From the NCBI RefSeq assembly GCF_009914755.1, contig NC_060925.1: 64,000 nucleotides of DNA, one strand, 5' to 3'. Of the stretch, positions 36,006 to 52,775 are shown piece by piece. The position numbers and the translations under genes are program-made. Source of the DNA: the human T2T-CHM13v2.0 reference genome, Homo sapiens. Positions within the stretch are counted from its first letter, which is position 1; each line of letters opens with the position of its first letter. The notes under the pieces were generated by a model. That model was given only the letters and a program-made list of their open reading frames with translations. It did no database searches and was not told the origin of the DNA.

Positions 36006-39000
36006 AGACTATAGGCAGACCAGCCAACTTTGGAATCCAGAGGGCTGCAATCACACATTCTCCGATGTGTCTGAACCCTACCTAGCTTTGCATACACCCC
36101 TCATCCCTCCTGTAACATAAATACTTTTCTTAACAGTTTTGAACCAGAGATAAGTAATTCTTTATATTACATTTCCCTTAGTTTAAGTTACTATGTGGTT
36201 TCTGTCTTCTGATTGGACACAGACTGATATACTTCATATTCAGAAAGAAACAGAGAAGAGGGTGGTGAAGAACTTTGTGAGGTAATTTGCAAGTGAGAAA
36301 ATACTAGGCATGTCCAGGTATGCTTTTAAAAGCAATTCTGATCAAGACAATGCAGAGTCCTGAAAACAATAAAACACCTAATGCCAGAAGCCATCTGAAT
36401 TTAGGGTTTCGGGATCTGTGGCATGAAACACCTGCTACCCTCTTCCTGCACTTCATGGATACTCTGCATCCATTGCCCCGTCAGCCCAGCTGCCCTATTG
36501 TTGGCTGCAGGAGCATCTTGCAGATAGACTGGGGGCTGATGATGCCCCTTGCTAGCAGGCGGTCTAGCAGTCCTCCTTAGAGAGTGACAAACACACCTAT
36601 AAGGTGCAATGGAGAGTCATTCAAGACATGCTACTATTGAGCTGAGGAGTTTCCACGGTCTAAGTAAAAGAATGAGAAGCTTTGAAAAAAGAGATGAACT
36701 TTGCAGGGAAACTTAATTACTGGAAGTATTTTGTGTGTAAGAAACTAACATCTGAGGAATTCTCTTTGAGAGTTCTCTGGGGGAAATGAAACTTTGTGAA
36801 GTCATAGAACGCTTATACTAAAAAAATCAATTTCTGAGACATGAGCAAGTGTAGAAGTTCAATGATATGGCTATTTGAGGTTATGGGGCCATCTGAGTGA
36901 GCAGAGCCTTTGGATGACTCTGGGGCCTAGCAGGGACCTCAGGGAGAGTGGTGGGAGCCATAGCAGGCTTTCGTTAAAGCTCACAGAAGGATTGTGAAGG
37001 TTCTGCCCTGGTATCCTCTGTCTGGGTACTTAACTCACTGGAAGGCTTGTAGCATATCCCAGTTCAAGTGGGATACCTGGAGCTGCCTCAGGCCAGAGAT
37101 CTGTTTGCCTAATCTGTTTGGGTTCTATATTATGTCATGAAGTAAAAGGTGATCATTCAAAATTTATAACATTTTGAGGAACAACAATCTCATCTTTCTT
37201 TGTACTGTAGTCACTCAGGGGTCTTGCATTTCTCCCGTTGGGTTATAAACTAGAAAATTGGAACTTGTATTTTATTCATTTGAAATCCCCCATTGTCTGG
37301 CACATGCTGTAGAATCTCTGTGCTCCTCAGAGAAACAATAGGAGTGGGCACAGTATCACATCTTTGTCCCATAGTCTCTGCATGTGCTCAGGAAGAAACA
37401 CAGTCCTTGTTGGTGGAATGAATGATTGGAAGCCTATAATTCTAAAAAGAGAAAGCTTATGTTGTATTGACTTGTACTTGGTTCACTTTTTGAGTTACCT
37501 TGCATAATTCAATTGTTTTAAAGCCCGTTAACACTAAGTGCTTTATTTTATAACCATCGGAATTATCAAAGACAGCTGAGGAGGTCTTTGAAGATCTTTC
37601 CTTTATGTGTGTGGCTGAGGAAATGTATTGTATTTACTTATATGTACTCTGATTAACATGATTACACAAGACCAAATACAAGTGTGTAAAGAAGTCCTTC
37701 TTCCTGTCTCTCTTAGAATCTAGATCTACCAACAAGCAGCGGGAGGTGCCTGACTGCACAGCAGGTTCTGATGAAATGGAGGGTTTTTAAAACCAGACAG
37801 TCTGCACATCCACCGCTTAACCAACTTGTCCCCTCGGGCAAGTCGTTTAATCTCTCAGAGCCCCACGTAAAAAAGGAAACAATAATAGAACAGTTTTTTT
37901 AAAGCTGCTGAGAAAATTAAAAGAGGTAATCATGGGCATCTAATACTCAATAAATATTTGTTATTACTATTATTACTATTTGTGTCAGAGTTGGGGAATT
38001 GAAAACTGTACTTGGGCAAATTTGTTTAACGAAGGGCTGCCAAAAGTTAGCTGCATGCAGCTTCTCCTGGTGTTTTGTTCGTGGCTACAGAAAGGGATGC
38101 AGAAAAGAAAATTTTTTTCTGAGTGGCCCTTAGATTTTCTACCAGGAACAAACATCTACTTCACTGTTCTTAACTGTCAACCTCTTCAAGACCTCCCGAG
38201 TTGGCTGTCAAGACTTTATTTTACACTGCACATGGCAAGTGGCCAGCACTCTTACATCTATAGAAATGTTTCTTCCCTAACTCACAGGTCTTTCCATGGC
38301 CTCCACTGGCTTGGCAGCTCCATTTACTCCCCAGACACGCATTACCTTGGAATATCGATCTTCTCTTGGCATAGAGTCAGCCTCCAAATCCCATTGCTTC
38401 ATCCTGCTCAGTGTCACTACTGTTTGATTTAATTATCCATCTCCACTGCTCTCCCCCAACATTCTTTTCCTTTAATATGGTTAATGATTTATAGTATTTA
38501 GTTCCTTCAACAGCTGTGCTTGAAAGACACAGTCTGGGCAGTTAATGACCTGTGAATTATTTAATAGCGAATGTAATGACCTCAGAATTGAATTGATGCT
38601 TTATTAGTAATTTTGATGGTCTTCTTTCTAGGTTTGGTGAGGTGGGCCTGAGGGAGTTTTTTTCCCTTTGAAGATACATGGTTCTGCAAAAATTGAAGGT
38701 AAATATGTAAGAAACATCAGGGAGTTTTAGGCCAAAGGCAGAGAAAGTGAAAATTTTCAGGCTTAAGGACAGCGGGAAAATGTAGTGCAAAAAAAACAAA
38801 AAATATTTTCAAGGTGAGGGTGGAGGCAGCAGGACGTACAGAGCTGGTTGATGGAGACAAGGATGTGGAGAATTCAGGGATGAAAAATAGTCGTATGTGA
38901 CAAAGGAAGAAAATCAGTTAATATGGCTCTACCCTCTTTCTTCATCCTGTATGTTGACTCTTTCTTCCTGGAGCACCTCATGGACTCTATAAAGTTCTAG

Positions 39001-39974
39001 CTCAGCTTAATAAAAGAACATGAATCATTCTGGGAAGAGAACTGGGTGGCTGTAAAAGGTGTAACTACAACAAGGTAAATGCTGGGCAGAACAGAAATTT
39101 AGATAAACATGATTGGCAGAGATATTATTTTAATAATTAATTTGCGTTGGCCTCATTAAAAAAGGAAATAGCGTTTGAGGAACACTACGTTAGACGAGCC
39201 AAGAATCAGAGAGGAGACTCACAAAATGTAAAATTGTACTAAACCGTTCTACAGAAAGGTATGGGTTTTCTTCTGAAGTTGTTGGTCAGACCCACAAGCA
39301 CTGCCTGTAGTACTGATATGATGTCAGGAAAGCTCCCCATGAAAACATCACCCGCTAGACAAAGATTGTGTAGGGTAGAAAACCCTGAGGTTACATGAGT
39401 TTTTATCATATTGAAAAAGCCCTGCTGATTATCTTTTCATGGTCCCAGAAGTTATGAGATCTTAAAAAGCCCCCTAATTTCTATTCAATTCAAATACCTA
39501 AAAATTAAGGAGCCCTAGCAAAACCTCTGAACACTATGTTCTTTTCTTATACCAACTGTCATTTCCAACTGACAATCCTTTTCAAATCTCATTAAAGGGA
39601 AGCTTATTAGCTAACTTCCTAGACTCGACAGCATGGTTAGTAGTTCTGGGTAGTGCTGAAAAATGACAAATAAGGTGGTATGCCAAAATCTGCCACTGTG
39701 TTGACCATGGTAAGCAAACTGTGTGGAATCAAGCTTTCTGAGAAAAATAATTCAGAGGCCTGGAAACTTCTACGGGCCACTTGGTTATAAATGTGCGCAG
39801 GTTGGTGAGGTACAGGCTTCTCCATCTGCACTGTGGAGAAGCCAGCCCACTAATTTATTCATATGTATATTCCTATAGGCCACAAAATTTACTTATTTCT
39901 TACTATTTGCCTCTAGGACCTCTACCAGCATTAAAAATATTGAAGAAGGCTTTGAAGAAGAAAGAACTTGCTTT

Positions 39975-40080
39975 ACTTACTATATATATATATATATACT
40001 TACTGTATATATATATATACGCTTATATATATATACGACTTATATATATGCTTACTTAAATATATACTATATATACTTAC

Positions 40081-40135
<55 letters not shown>
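39975..40135. repeat. Compound (TA)n/(CA)n microsatellite
   Basis: Directly visible. Confidence 0.95.
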
Positions 40136-40137
<2 letters not shown>

Positions 40138-43100
40138 GGTTGATGGAGAGAAGGATGTGGAGAACTGACAAAATGATCATTAAAAAATCCAAATCAGATC
40201 AAGTCATTTCTGTCAGTACCTCAACAGCGTCTGGCACATTGTAAGAATGCAATAAACATTTGTTAAAAGAGTGAACGAGTTAGTTGATGAATGAGTAACT
40301 TGCGCGAGGTCCTAGAGCTAGAATTGTAATCTGAGTCTGTCTCATTTCATCACAATATACACCTGCGCCTGCAATCCAGGGGCAGTGCCCTGGATTCTCC
40401 AGCCTGTCCCCCTATTTTCCAGCCTGTCTTGCTGAGAACAAACAGCCACGCTTTACCAAATTTCAAAATATGTATCATAAAATGGCTTCACTGTACACAT
40501 AGTAAAGCCATAAACAGATTTCTTAGGCATTTTTAAATGTAATTTAAAGGTTGCTAAGCAGAAGAGGGTGGATGTTTTTGTCATTTTTCTAAGGTTTTGC
40601 TAAAGATCCAATAACATTGGCTAAAATCACACACATGGGGCACTCTGTCAAGAATTAACACAACAGGTATCTTTCACCACCCATTAACCATGGATCGTAG
40701 ACACATAATTCCACTTTTCTGTGTCTCAGTTTTCTGATCTGTGAAGTGAAAATAATAGCATCTTCCTTTCTGGGATGCCTGAGGGTTAAATAAGAATATA
40801 GGTAAAGCACATAGAATAACACCTATTAGTTGGAACTATCATTAACTATAATCATATTGCACATATACCAAAGATTTGTGGGGTTTTTTGGTGAGTGTTT
40901 TAGAAAGCGAAAGAACTTTTGGTAAATCATATTATTATCCTCTAATTTGGAAATGTTATAGCAAGTTGACAGTTGAATGTGTATTCCACCTCCCGGTGAT
41001 TACAGGCAGGTTTTTATTACTAGAGAGTCTGTGCCTCACCTCTCTCTCCTTAGCCTCTGAAAAACTCATTCCCCATATCTTTCCTTCCAGTAAGGAATCG
41101 ACATAAATGTGACAAAATGGCTTCTCAGGCAATTTCATCTGAGGAACTAAACAGAGTCCTAAAACAGTAAAAATGAGGAAAGGAGGCATCTGGGGCTGCC
41201 AAACAGACAGCTTGCTGTGCCACAAATGGGGGATTGGCACACACTTAACACATATGCCAGGGCCTGCTGTGTCTTACGCGAGCGTAAAGGCTGAGCTGAC
41301 GAGGGGAGGAGGGGTAGGTTTGAGTGGAAAAAGGCAGTTTAAAGAGAGTCCGGCCAAACTGGTTTCTGAAGAAGAGATCTAGAGTGTGTACAACTCCTTC
41401 TTGGAACTTAGAGGTGAATATGACATTCTCAGTTTCTTCTGAAGAACAAATTAAATGAGGAGGGTTATAACTGCAGCTATGGAGACATAGGGTATATCCT
41501 GGGAAGAGCTTAGAACTGAACCAGAGGGCAAAGAAAGATCTGTACATAATTCAGGAAGAGATATTTACTACCAGAGGAGACCATTCTCAGCTTAGGAGAG
41601 ATGGAATCCCATCTTGCCTGGAAACTCAAGCCAGGAAATATTTATTGAGCACTGGTAGTTCTATGTACATGGCAGGAATTCAATTCAGTCAACACAGCGC
41701 CTTCTAGTTTAGGGCCCTTTGGAAGGGACAATAGAAGAGGAACAAGGAGTTTGGGAAACTCTTCCTAGGCCAGATCCTGTCCAACTTGGCTCTACTATAG
41801 ACAGAAGCCTCTCTGCTGCCCATGAAATCAAAAGTGAAAGCTCTCAGGGCTCCTCTCTCTGTGTGAGGCATCTCTAGCTAGCAGAGTGATTTAACACTAT
41901 TCTGCTGAAAATTCAGTAGAGCTTCTGCTTTTTAATTGGAAACACGGTAATATCAGGTCTTTTCACATTCCATGTACTTTTTAGATTGTAAAACTAATAT
42001 ATAAGTTCCTCAAAAACACGGTAGTTTTGAATAGCAGCTGGTATTCCCATTTCTGGATCAAAATGATTTAGAAGGCATAAGAGCAATTTTTCTCTGTTCC
42101 TGAAAGCTCCCAAATTGTCTGGACCTTTTTCAAGTCTCATAACAAATTCAGAATAAATATGCCTTCCATTTAATGACATATATGCACGTATTACCTGATA
42201 GAGTGTGTTGGCCTATGGTTGGGCAGGGAATATCTTGGGATACAGAAAATATTCACGAAAGTCATTCTTTGTGATAGCATGGGAAATCAGAGGATTCATT
42301 TCATTTGCCTCCACCTAACCTGCAGTTAAATACGATGATGTATTCTTGCAGAGGAGCCTCACCGGCAGGCACATAAGCTGCTCCAAAGTACTCATGATGG
42401 GGAAGAGGTGATCCAGGAAGACTTGGTCCCTGTTCATGGGACACATAGGAGATACACATGGGGACAAAGAGGAGACAACACAAAGTAGTATCTAATTGAG
42501 TAATAGATACGTAAGGCCGATTAGATACTGAAAGGAATTTATCCTTGGGAAAACCTCAGTGGGTACTTGAGCTGAGAAAAACAGATTCACATTCACTTGG
42601 CCAAGTATTGGCTTTAAATGAGTGGATACAAATACGTCTCCTGCAGAGGCATGGGTTTAGAAACAATGGAGAGGATGGATATGTGTAACCAGGGTGTCAT
42701 TTCCAACAGCTACTAGGAAGTAAGGTGTTGGAAGAGAGTGTTGCTTCCTTACGGAGAATGCACTGCAAAAAATTCAGCAGAGCTCACCATTGTTCTGAGA
42801 TTTCAGGGGTCAAGACCTCAACTTCTCATGATGCCTTCATAGGTGGTCAACAACTGTCTGTTGAATGTGTATAAACTTCTGAATCATGAGCAGACTTGGA
42901 CAAAGCTATCTTTTTCTAAGCAAGACTCAGTAACAACCAATCAGAAAATAAAGTTCTACCTAAGTTTCCAAATTAGAATAAGATGGATGCCAAACTCAGA
43001 AACTCAAATAGAACTCAGAGACCTAATTAGCCACTTATGACTTCCGAAATGTTATTGAGTTATTTTACAATCTTAAACTAAATCATTTAAAACTCCACTC

Positions 43101-44197
43101 AGCTTATGAGTAAGTTTTGTCAATACTGATTATGCTGGGAGCCTCAGGCATGTGCCAAGTACATTACCATGCTGTTGTTTTTCCAGTATTATATAAAACC
43201 TTCAAGTTTTTCAGACTTGAACCACTGTAATACTGACTTCTGTGGGTTAGGAAAAGAAAAAAAAGGAGCCTTTTAGAGAAGGTTAATTTAAAAGATAAGC
43301 ACAATTTGCATGTAAGGAAACATCAAACCAGAGTAAAGGTGCTACTCTTTCAATAATGCCTTCCCAAACTGAAGCATGAACAATCTTGACTGAGGCATAA
43401 TTATAGGAAATTTGCTTAAGGGAACACAGAAGCATAGACTTCATTTTCAAAAGCTGGCATTTGCCTTCTCATCAGCTTTGCTTCGTGAATAATTAGATTC
43501 ATTCATCAGCCTCTTTGTTCACTGTAACAGCCTCAAATCAAGCGCTTGCCTGTTCAGCACAGCGTGTGGGGATGCAGCGGCGTAGGCTCCTTGGAGAAAG
43601 CAGAAGTTTGGCTTCAGGAGGAAGCACAGACCCATTCTCAAGCCTGTCAGAGTGAGTTAGGTCCTATCTCTGCACACCTCCTCCTCAAAACTACATGAAA
43701 GATTTAGTATCCATTGGTAGTTTTGAGTCATTCACATTCAACATTCATAAGTTGGCATTTTCAGCTGAGAAGCCCTTTAGGATATAAATGAGGAAATTTC
43801 CCTGGGAGAATCGGGGGTGGGAATGGGAATTTGTTCTTTAGGCTGCATATTCCGAGCACAGATTTGCTGAGCAAGAAAGACTGTTCCGGTGTTAGTGGGG
43901 CCCAGTACTGTGGCTTCTCACCAGGTAGACCCACCACTGGTTTGCATCTTAAGGCAGCACTTACAAAGTGAACTCACAGCCCCCCTTCTTCCTTCCTTCA
44001 CAGCATTTCCCTCCTTATACCATACGCCCAAGTTTCTTTGAAAAATGTTTTAAAGTACCTATCACGTGCCAGGTACTATGTTAAATACTTTATTATCTCA
44101 TTAATCTTCAGAATAACCCTAGGCAGTAGCTACTATTATTAGTCCATTGTAGAAATCAGGAGACTGAAGTTTCAAGAGGTTAAATAACTCACAGAAA

Positions 44198-44470
44198 TGT
44201 AATTCCAGTGCTTTGGGAGACTGAGTCAGGAGGATCACTTGGGGCCAGGAGTTCAAGACCAGCCTGGCAACACAGTGAGACCCCCATCTCTACCAAAAAA
44301 AATACTTAGCCAAGCATGATGGCATGTGCCTGCAGTCCCAGCTACTCAGGAGGCTAAGGCAGGAGGATCTGTTGAACCCAGGAATTCACGGCTGCAGTGG
44401 GCTAGGACTGTATAACTGCACTGCAGCCTGGGCAACAGAGCCAGACCCTGTCTCCAATAAATAAATAAAT
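44198..44470 (+). mobile_element. 5'-truncated AluJ-like element inserted in a MIR
   Basis: TSD taaataactcacaga at 44181-44195 and 44466-44480. Confidence 0.88.
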
Positions 44471-44566
44471 AACTCACAGAGGTCACACAAGTGACAAAGC
44501 CAAGTACATATTCCCACTCCAGAATCTGAGTTTTCAGCCCCCACCCTATACTTGCATAGAAAAGAC

Positions 44567-44567
<1 letters not shown>

Positions 44568-44606
<39 letters not shown>
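44568..44606. repeat. (CA)n microsatellite
   Basis: Directly visible. Confidence 0.95.
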
Positions 44607-44610
<4 letters not shown>

Positions 44611-44789
44611 CAAAATCAGCTATAATCTCATCACTCAAAGGTAACCCTTATTAACACTTTACAGATGTTTTCACATATGTAAAACTAGATTATCTTTGAA
44701 TAAAAATGAAATAACACAATAGCTTCTGTTTTGTAGACTACTGCTTTTCACTTAGCAACATAATCTAAAGATTTTCCCCTTGTTGGTGG

Positions 44790-45819
<1,030 letters not shown>

Positions 45820-46247
45820 GTGGCTATTCTCCTTCAATGTGATTTTTGGATGATTGGTATTCCAACATGTGGATGATCCACGGTTTAATTCTAAAAACCG
45901 TGCTGCAGTGTACGTCTTTGTACATAATCTTTGTGAACCTAACTCTGAGCAGCTGCTGTGGCAACCTGAAGGCAATAGGCCTGCAGAATAAAGGACTGGC
46001 TGAAGCAGAATCTCTTCCCAACTGAGTCTTGTCTTCACTGAGGCCATGACCATCCAATGGCACAAATCACACCGTGACTCGTAGCACCTCTGGTCTTGCT
46101 GCTTTTTATCAAGTTGGTATAACTATGATTAAAGCTTTTGTTGAACTACTGTTATCTTTTGTTCCTCATGGTTATATGGTTATTATGCAGTTATTTTATA
46201 TTTTGTTATATAGTTACTTTGCACTGAAGAAAGCAAAGTTCTTTTAT

Positions 46248-46795
46248 CTGAGGAAGGCAAGTCCTTTTAAATTATCAGGCTGGGGAAGGCATGAAAACGA
46301 GACAGCAATCATGTTGTAACTCCCCACTTTAAGCTATGTATTCATCTCTTGAAACCGCTTACTATTGCCATAAACAGCTGTACATTAACCTAATAATGTC
46401 ACACTGGACACTATAACCCACATCCTATAGCTTAAAAACATACAGCCAATCACGTGTATATCTATGTAACAAACCTGCATGTTCTGCACATGTATCCCAG
46501 AATTTAAAGTATATTTAAAAAAAAAGAAAATGACATTTAAAATACCACACCAAAAAAAAAAGAATAGCCAATCACTGATCAATGTTATTTCTGCAAACCA
46601 AAGAGAATTCCTGACAAACAACTTTGTATCAGCCTAGTCTGTCACCCTTTTTGCCTTTAAAAGCCTGTTTGTAACAAAGGCTGAAGGGAGCTCATATCCA
46701 AGGTTAGTTAAGTCTTCTGGGCAGCTGCCCTCACTTTGGCTCAAGTAAACTCTTCAAATTATATTTTGTGCATCAGCCTCTTCCTTTTAGGTTGG
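46248..46795 (+). mobile_element. ERV1-class solo LTR (family unassigned) carrying a tiny L1 insertion
   Basis: CCAAT box and ...aagtaaactcttcaaattatattttg...ttttaggttg ending typical of MER4-group LTRs. Confidence 0.6.
46454..46565 (+). mobile_element. Extremely 5'-truncated L1PA 3' end
   Basis: tatgtaacaaacctgcatgttctgcacatgtatcccagaatttaaagta followed by an A-tail. TSD agccaatcac at 46444-46453 and 46566-46575. Confidence 0.88.
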
Positions 46796-46881
46796 TAGCA
46801 TGTACTCTTTCCTCAAGAGGAACCATAATTTATCAGTTTCCTTAATAAGCCTACAAAATTGTGTATCTCCACACTCCCTCT

Positions 46882-47550
46882 GCTACAGTTTGAAGATGTT
46901 CCTTCCAAAATTCAGGTGTTAAAACTAAATGGCCAGCCGGGCTTGGTGGGTCATGACTGTAATCCCAGTACTTTAGGAGGCCAAGGCGGGCGGATCACCT
47001 AAGGTCAGGAGTTTGAGACCAGCCTGGCCAACATGGTGAAACCTCACCTCTAATAAAAATACAAAAATTAGCCGGGTGTGGTGGTGCAGGCCTGTAATCC
47101 CAGCTACTCGGGAGGCAGAGGTCGCAGTGGGCCAAGATGGCACCACTGAACCCCAGCTTGGGCAACAGAGTGAGACTCTGTCTCAAAACAAAACTAAACA
47201 TAACTAAATGGCCAATGTGATAGTATTGTTGGCCCCACTGTTGGTGGGGCCTTTAAGAGGTATTTAAACCATTGGGCTCCTCCCTTTTGAATTGTATTAA
47301 ATGGCCTTATAAAGGGACTTCACAGACAGGACTGGTCCTCTTTTGCCCTTCCACCTTCTGCCATGAAATGGTACAGCAAGAAGGTCCTCACCAGATGCCA
47401 GCACCTTGATCTTGTACATCCTAGCCTTCAGAATTGTGAGAAATAAATTTCTGTTCTTTATAAATTATCCAGTCTCAAATAAGTTTCTGTTCTTTATAAA
47501 CTACCCAGTCTCAGATATTCTGTTATAGCAACACAAAATGGACGAAAACA
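46882..47550 (+). mobile_element. MST/MLT1A-type MaLR LTR interrupted by an Alu (about 46935-47200)
   Basis: MaLR 3' motif (ttctgttctttataaa...cccagtctca...tgttatagca) and Alu TSD aactaaatggcca. Confidence 0.8.
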
Positions 47551-48829
47551 CCTTCAAATCATCTTTCAAAGAAAGTTAAAAGGGAGGGAGCAAAAAACAA
47601 CCAGGGGGTAGTGAAACATTAATACCCTTGACTTTTTCTTGAGAAGGAAATCACTTAATACCTCTGCCCAAGTTTGGGTTAATTAGCCATATGGATGAGT
47701 GAAGAACTTAGAACACCTCAGCAAACTGCACATATTCTCCTAAGTATGATCCATACTCCATCATCTAACTGGGCAAATGACCAGAAAAAATAATGTAGAA
47801 AAAAACATTCAAAATGTTCTTATTTCTGATCTCCATTGGAGCTTATTAAAGGAACAGAAACATTAACCAAAGTAGTCTGAATTATATCAACCTTTCAAAT
47901 GCCATTTTCAATGTCACTTTCAAGTGCTATTTTCTATTAGGAGACAGATACTATCTAAATTTCCATGAAAATTAGCATTGATATACCATTCTATGCTTTC
48001 AAAATGCTCGTACCATCAATTACTAATTAGCATAACATTTCAGAACCATCCTAAGCTTTAATTATAAAGAAATTCCTTTCTAGCATGGTTCCCTTCATAT
48101 GAAGAAAGTTATTCCTTCACCACCTTCTAGGTCCCAACCATGTCAGAACAAAGTTGTTAAACCCTTCTAAATCTCCTGATTTTAAATTCAGTCACTTGCC
48201 ACATTGCTTAGTCTCTCCCAGAGAAAAACGGTATACTCAGTGTTATAAAAATCAAGGCTCAACCTGAAATCTGGGAAATTTGAAGTGTACTCTATGTAGT
48301 GCTTTATACACCCAAAGCTTACACTGTTTATTCAACTAACATTTATTTATTGCCTACACACATGTCAGTCAAGTCTCCATCTTGCCCTCATTAAGGTTAA
48401 AGTCTAGAGGTAGAAACACGCATTACAGTGCAGGGATGCTCAGAGAGAGGGAAGCCCTGGAAGGTGAAGGGGAATGGGGAAGGGCAGACGGCTCAGCTTG
48501 GAGGGAGGTGGGAGAGGCCTCCTGGGGAAACCTTGATGAGAACTTTGGAATGTCTCTGCTGCCATTTGAGTTCCATATTATTTTTTTTAACCAATTCTAT
48601 TTCTAGACCAGTGCTATTATTTACTTAATTACACTTAAATTTAAATCGATACATTCTTAGCTTTGCTCCAAGTATTACTAATCATAAAATAATGTGTTTG
48701 ATGTACTAGTTATGTACTACTTTATCCTAATACATAATAAAATAATACATTCAAATAAAACATTCAGCAAGCCGCCAAAAAATTGGTAAAGCAAGGAAGG
48801 GACAGGAAGAATTTACTGACTTTTAGGAG

Positions 48830-49700
48830 CCTCATTCAGTGTGGAGAATAGAACATAGTTAACATTGGAGTCAGGAAAAACTGTTAGGATGTCATTTGCA
48901 GTCATTCCAGAGAAATGATAAAGGCCTAAGTTAGAGTAGTAGAGGGAGGGAGGGAAAAGGAGAACTATTTCCAGAAATGTTAAGACTGCACATGTAGAAG
49001 TGCAGACTGATTTGATTTTGAAGGTTGGAGGAGGAGAAGGAAATCAAGGTTAGCTCTAGGTTTCTTTGCGGGGCAAATAAAAAAATAGTCAGGTCATTTA
49101 CTGAGATAAAACTTAATGGAAGAAGAACATGGAGGGCCAGGTGGGGGTGGTGCATCCATTTCATTTTGGATACATTGATTTTGAGGTATTCCGTGAATAT
49201 CCAAGAGGAAATGTGAAGTTTGCAGTTGAATATTTGTGCCTGGAACTTAGGAAAAACAATGTGTGGGCCATCTGCATATCGGTGATGAATGAAGCCACAG
49301 AAGCAGAAGCAATCAATGCAGCAAGAGTAAATAAAGTGAAGAGAAGGGAAGAGGAAGAGAAAGAAGAGAAGAAGCCAATGTTTAAGGGAATGATAGTGTA
49401 TTCAAAATTGGCAAAAGAGACTGAGAAAGCGTGGCCAGAGACAGAAGGGAAATACAGAGTGAAACCAAGGGACTAGACAGTTCCAAGGAAAAGAAAAAAG
49501 CAGTACATAGTGTTCAAAGCTGAAGAAAGGTCATGTGATACAAGGTCTAAGATATTCCCACCGAGTTCCATACCTGGAAGTCCTCCGGGACTTTGACAAG
49601 GTAGTTTCAGTGGAGTCAGGGCAGAGCCGGGCTGCCGCAGTTGGAGGACTGCACAGGGGTAGGACCAGTGGTGCATAAACCTGAACATGGAGAAAAGGGC
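48830..49700. mobile_element. L2 LINE remnants
   Basis: ttttggatacattgattttgaggtatt...atatccaagaggaaatgt...gcagttgaatat, a purine-rich L2-like stretch. Confidence 0.55.
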
Positions 49701-50453
49701 AGGCATTGGGTGGGGAACACCTGCCAGAGGGGATCTAGGATGGATAGTGCCAAGTTCTTTTTCCTTTCCCCTCATTGACTTGAGTGTGTTTATACATTAA
49801 GGGGAGAGAGCCATTTAAAAGGCAAAGGGTAAATGTAAAGGTAAGAGAGAAAAAAACTTGACTGAAATTCCTGAAAAAGTGGGACCAGATGTCTCAGGTG
49901 GAAGAGTTAGCCTTGGAAGAGAATCAGAGATAACCTCCTGAGGTTGAAGGAAAGGAGATGGAGATGCATGTAGATATGGAAAATGTACTGGGATAGAGCA
50001 CTGTGATGGGAGAGTCCCAGGCTGATAGCCTCTAGTTTTGTTTGTTTGTTATGTTCAGTAAGTAAGAGACATGATCTTATGGAGAGGAAAGATGTTGGTT
50101 AGGAGACATAGAGTGTGAGTATAGCTGTGAGTATTTGGAATACCTTTTCCTGTGTATGACGTAGGAGGAAGTTAGTTGAATTACCAAGCATGAGAAAGGG
50201 ATGGAAGGAAATGAGCTAAAAAAATAGATAAAATATAGTATGGGAAGAAGGTGGGCACAGAAATAATAGGCCATGGCCAAGGTTCATGCTGAACAGCCTG
50301 CTAGGAAGAACAGAAATAGAGCTTGGCATCTTAACTCACACCAGTTCTCGTGACATTGATTTAAAAAGCAGGTGCAATTGGGATGTCCACGGAGTCACAG
50401 AAGTAAGGGATCTTACTCACTCATGAGGATAATGAATATTCTCTGTCTGGCTA

Positions 50454-50632
<179 letters not shown>

Positions 50633-50810
50633 GTCTCTAGTACCCTTCAGAACATACACGTGGATGTGTGAACATAGATGTGGAGACGAGGGCTGATTCT
50701 GGGGATCCCATGATCAGTATTTTTAGCAACTAGCTTTTCTGTTTGGGACTGAAAAAAATAGAAAAGCTACTGGCTAAAAATGCTGACCGTGGGATCTCTC
50801 GGAATTATAA

Positions 50811-51666
<856 letters not shown>

Positions 51667-52357
51667 GCTTCACCTCTTAAAGAACATCCTCCCCAAATTC
51701 TAGCATCCCTAGAATAGAAATACATAAAGCCACAACCAGATGAAACAGATAAAATTCTGCTTTTCTCCTGTCACAAGGTTGAATATGCATATAATTTCCT
51801 TGAAAATGTTATTCCTGCTGAGGTTCTTATGTATTAGGGATAAAAATAAAACCTGTAGCACAAGATTCTATGTTTTAGAGCAAATGTTTAGATTTTATGT
51901 GTTTAGATGGGTACGACTATATTATATGTATCAGATGAACCCTTGTGAAAGTTTAAACACATTGAATTGCAGACTTAACTTGGGCAGCTCTTAGAACAGA
52001 GACGGAAAACACAGATGGGGAGTCACTGGTGTCACCAGCTGAACAATTCCAATACAAACTGAAGCCAGCAAGAGTTAGTGCACAACCATACAGGCAAACA
52101 AACCAGCTGCATTCCCAAAGACGATCTGTAATGTATGATTAAAACCGGGGCTTTTCTTTCATCAGAAAATCACAGATCTAGGTTTGTAATTTAGAAGCAA
52201 AAATAAATCCAGTCTGGTCTAGTGGCACTGACAGGTCAAACACAAATAGTACACACTTGGGTAAATTAAGGCAACAGCTATAGTGGATGTCATTTACTAA
52301 CAGTTCGTTATGAGGTAGGCACCTGCACCAGACACTTTTTATATATTATCTAATTTA

Positions 52358-52775
<418 letters not shown>

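Noticed and set aside
49129-49476. 115-aa charged ORF
   Set aside because: It lies in purine-rich degenerate L2 sequence and shows no domain similarity or splice support.
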